From the NCBI GenBank assembly GCA_026023565.1, contig JAPETS010000008.1:862685-882684 (forward strand): 20,000 bases of DNA, read 5' to 3'. The DNA is from Cirrosporium novae-zelandiae. Taxonomy: Eukaryota. The translations under genes and the position numbers were made by a program. Below are positions 19,957-20,000 of this stretch, in pieces. The notes under the pieces are model-generated. The model saw nothing but the letters and a program-made list of their open reading frames with translations, was not told the DNA's origin and did no database searches. Position 1 is the stretch's first letter. The number at the start of each line of letters is the position of its first letter.

Positions 19957-20000
19957 TCCCCCTCTTGCTCTTGCTTGTTTGTAGGTATATAGTATACCCC

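Noticed and set aside
1..20000. tRNA, rRNA, CRISPR arrays or prokaryote-type defence systems
   Set aside because: No cloverleaf or rRNA-like segments and no repeat-spacer periodicity seen by eye; the window is intron-containing fungal core genome. tRNAscan-SE/Infernal would be the decisive test.

Overview
Eukaryotic DNA from a filamentous ascomycete (Pezizomycotina, probably Eurotiomycetes, judged from protein style and short GT-AG introns with CTRAY branch sites). It holds four conserved housekeeping genes. (1) The 5' part of TORC1 scaffold Raptor/Kog1/Mip1 on the minus strand runs off the left edge, so the ORF track missed its main exon. (2) A divergent kelch + coiled-coil cell-end marker (TeaA/Tea1/Kel1; 4 exons, about 1543 aa). 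(3) Casein kinase I (Hhp1/Hrr25/CkiA). (4) The mitochondrial small-subunit factor Rsm22 (958 aa). I found no mobile elements, RNA genes, CRISPR arrays or novel protein systems. The most interesting signals are post-transcriptional: four uORFs ahead of Raptor with three stop/start overlaps; up to four alternative C-terminal tails of CK1 from one splice donor, including an unannotated distal in-frame exon candidate; and a long, nearly ATG-free, probably multi-intron CK1 5' leader. All exon structures were read by hand and lack transcript confirmation.
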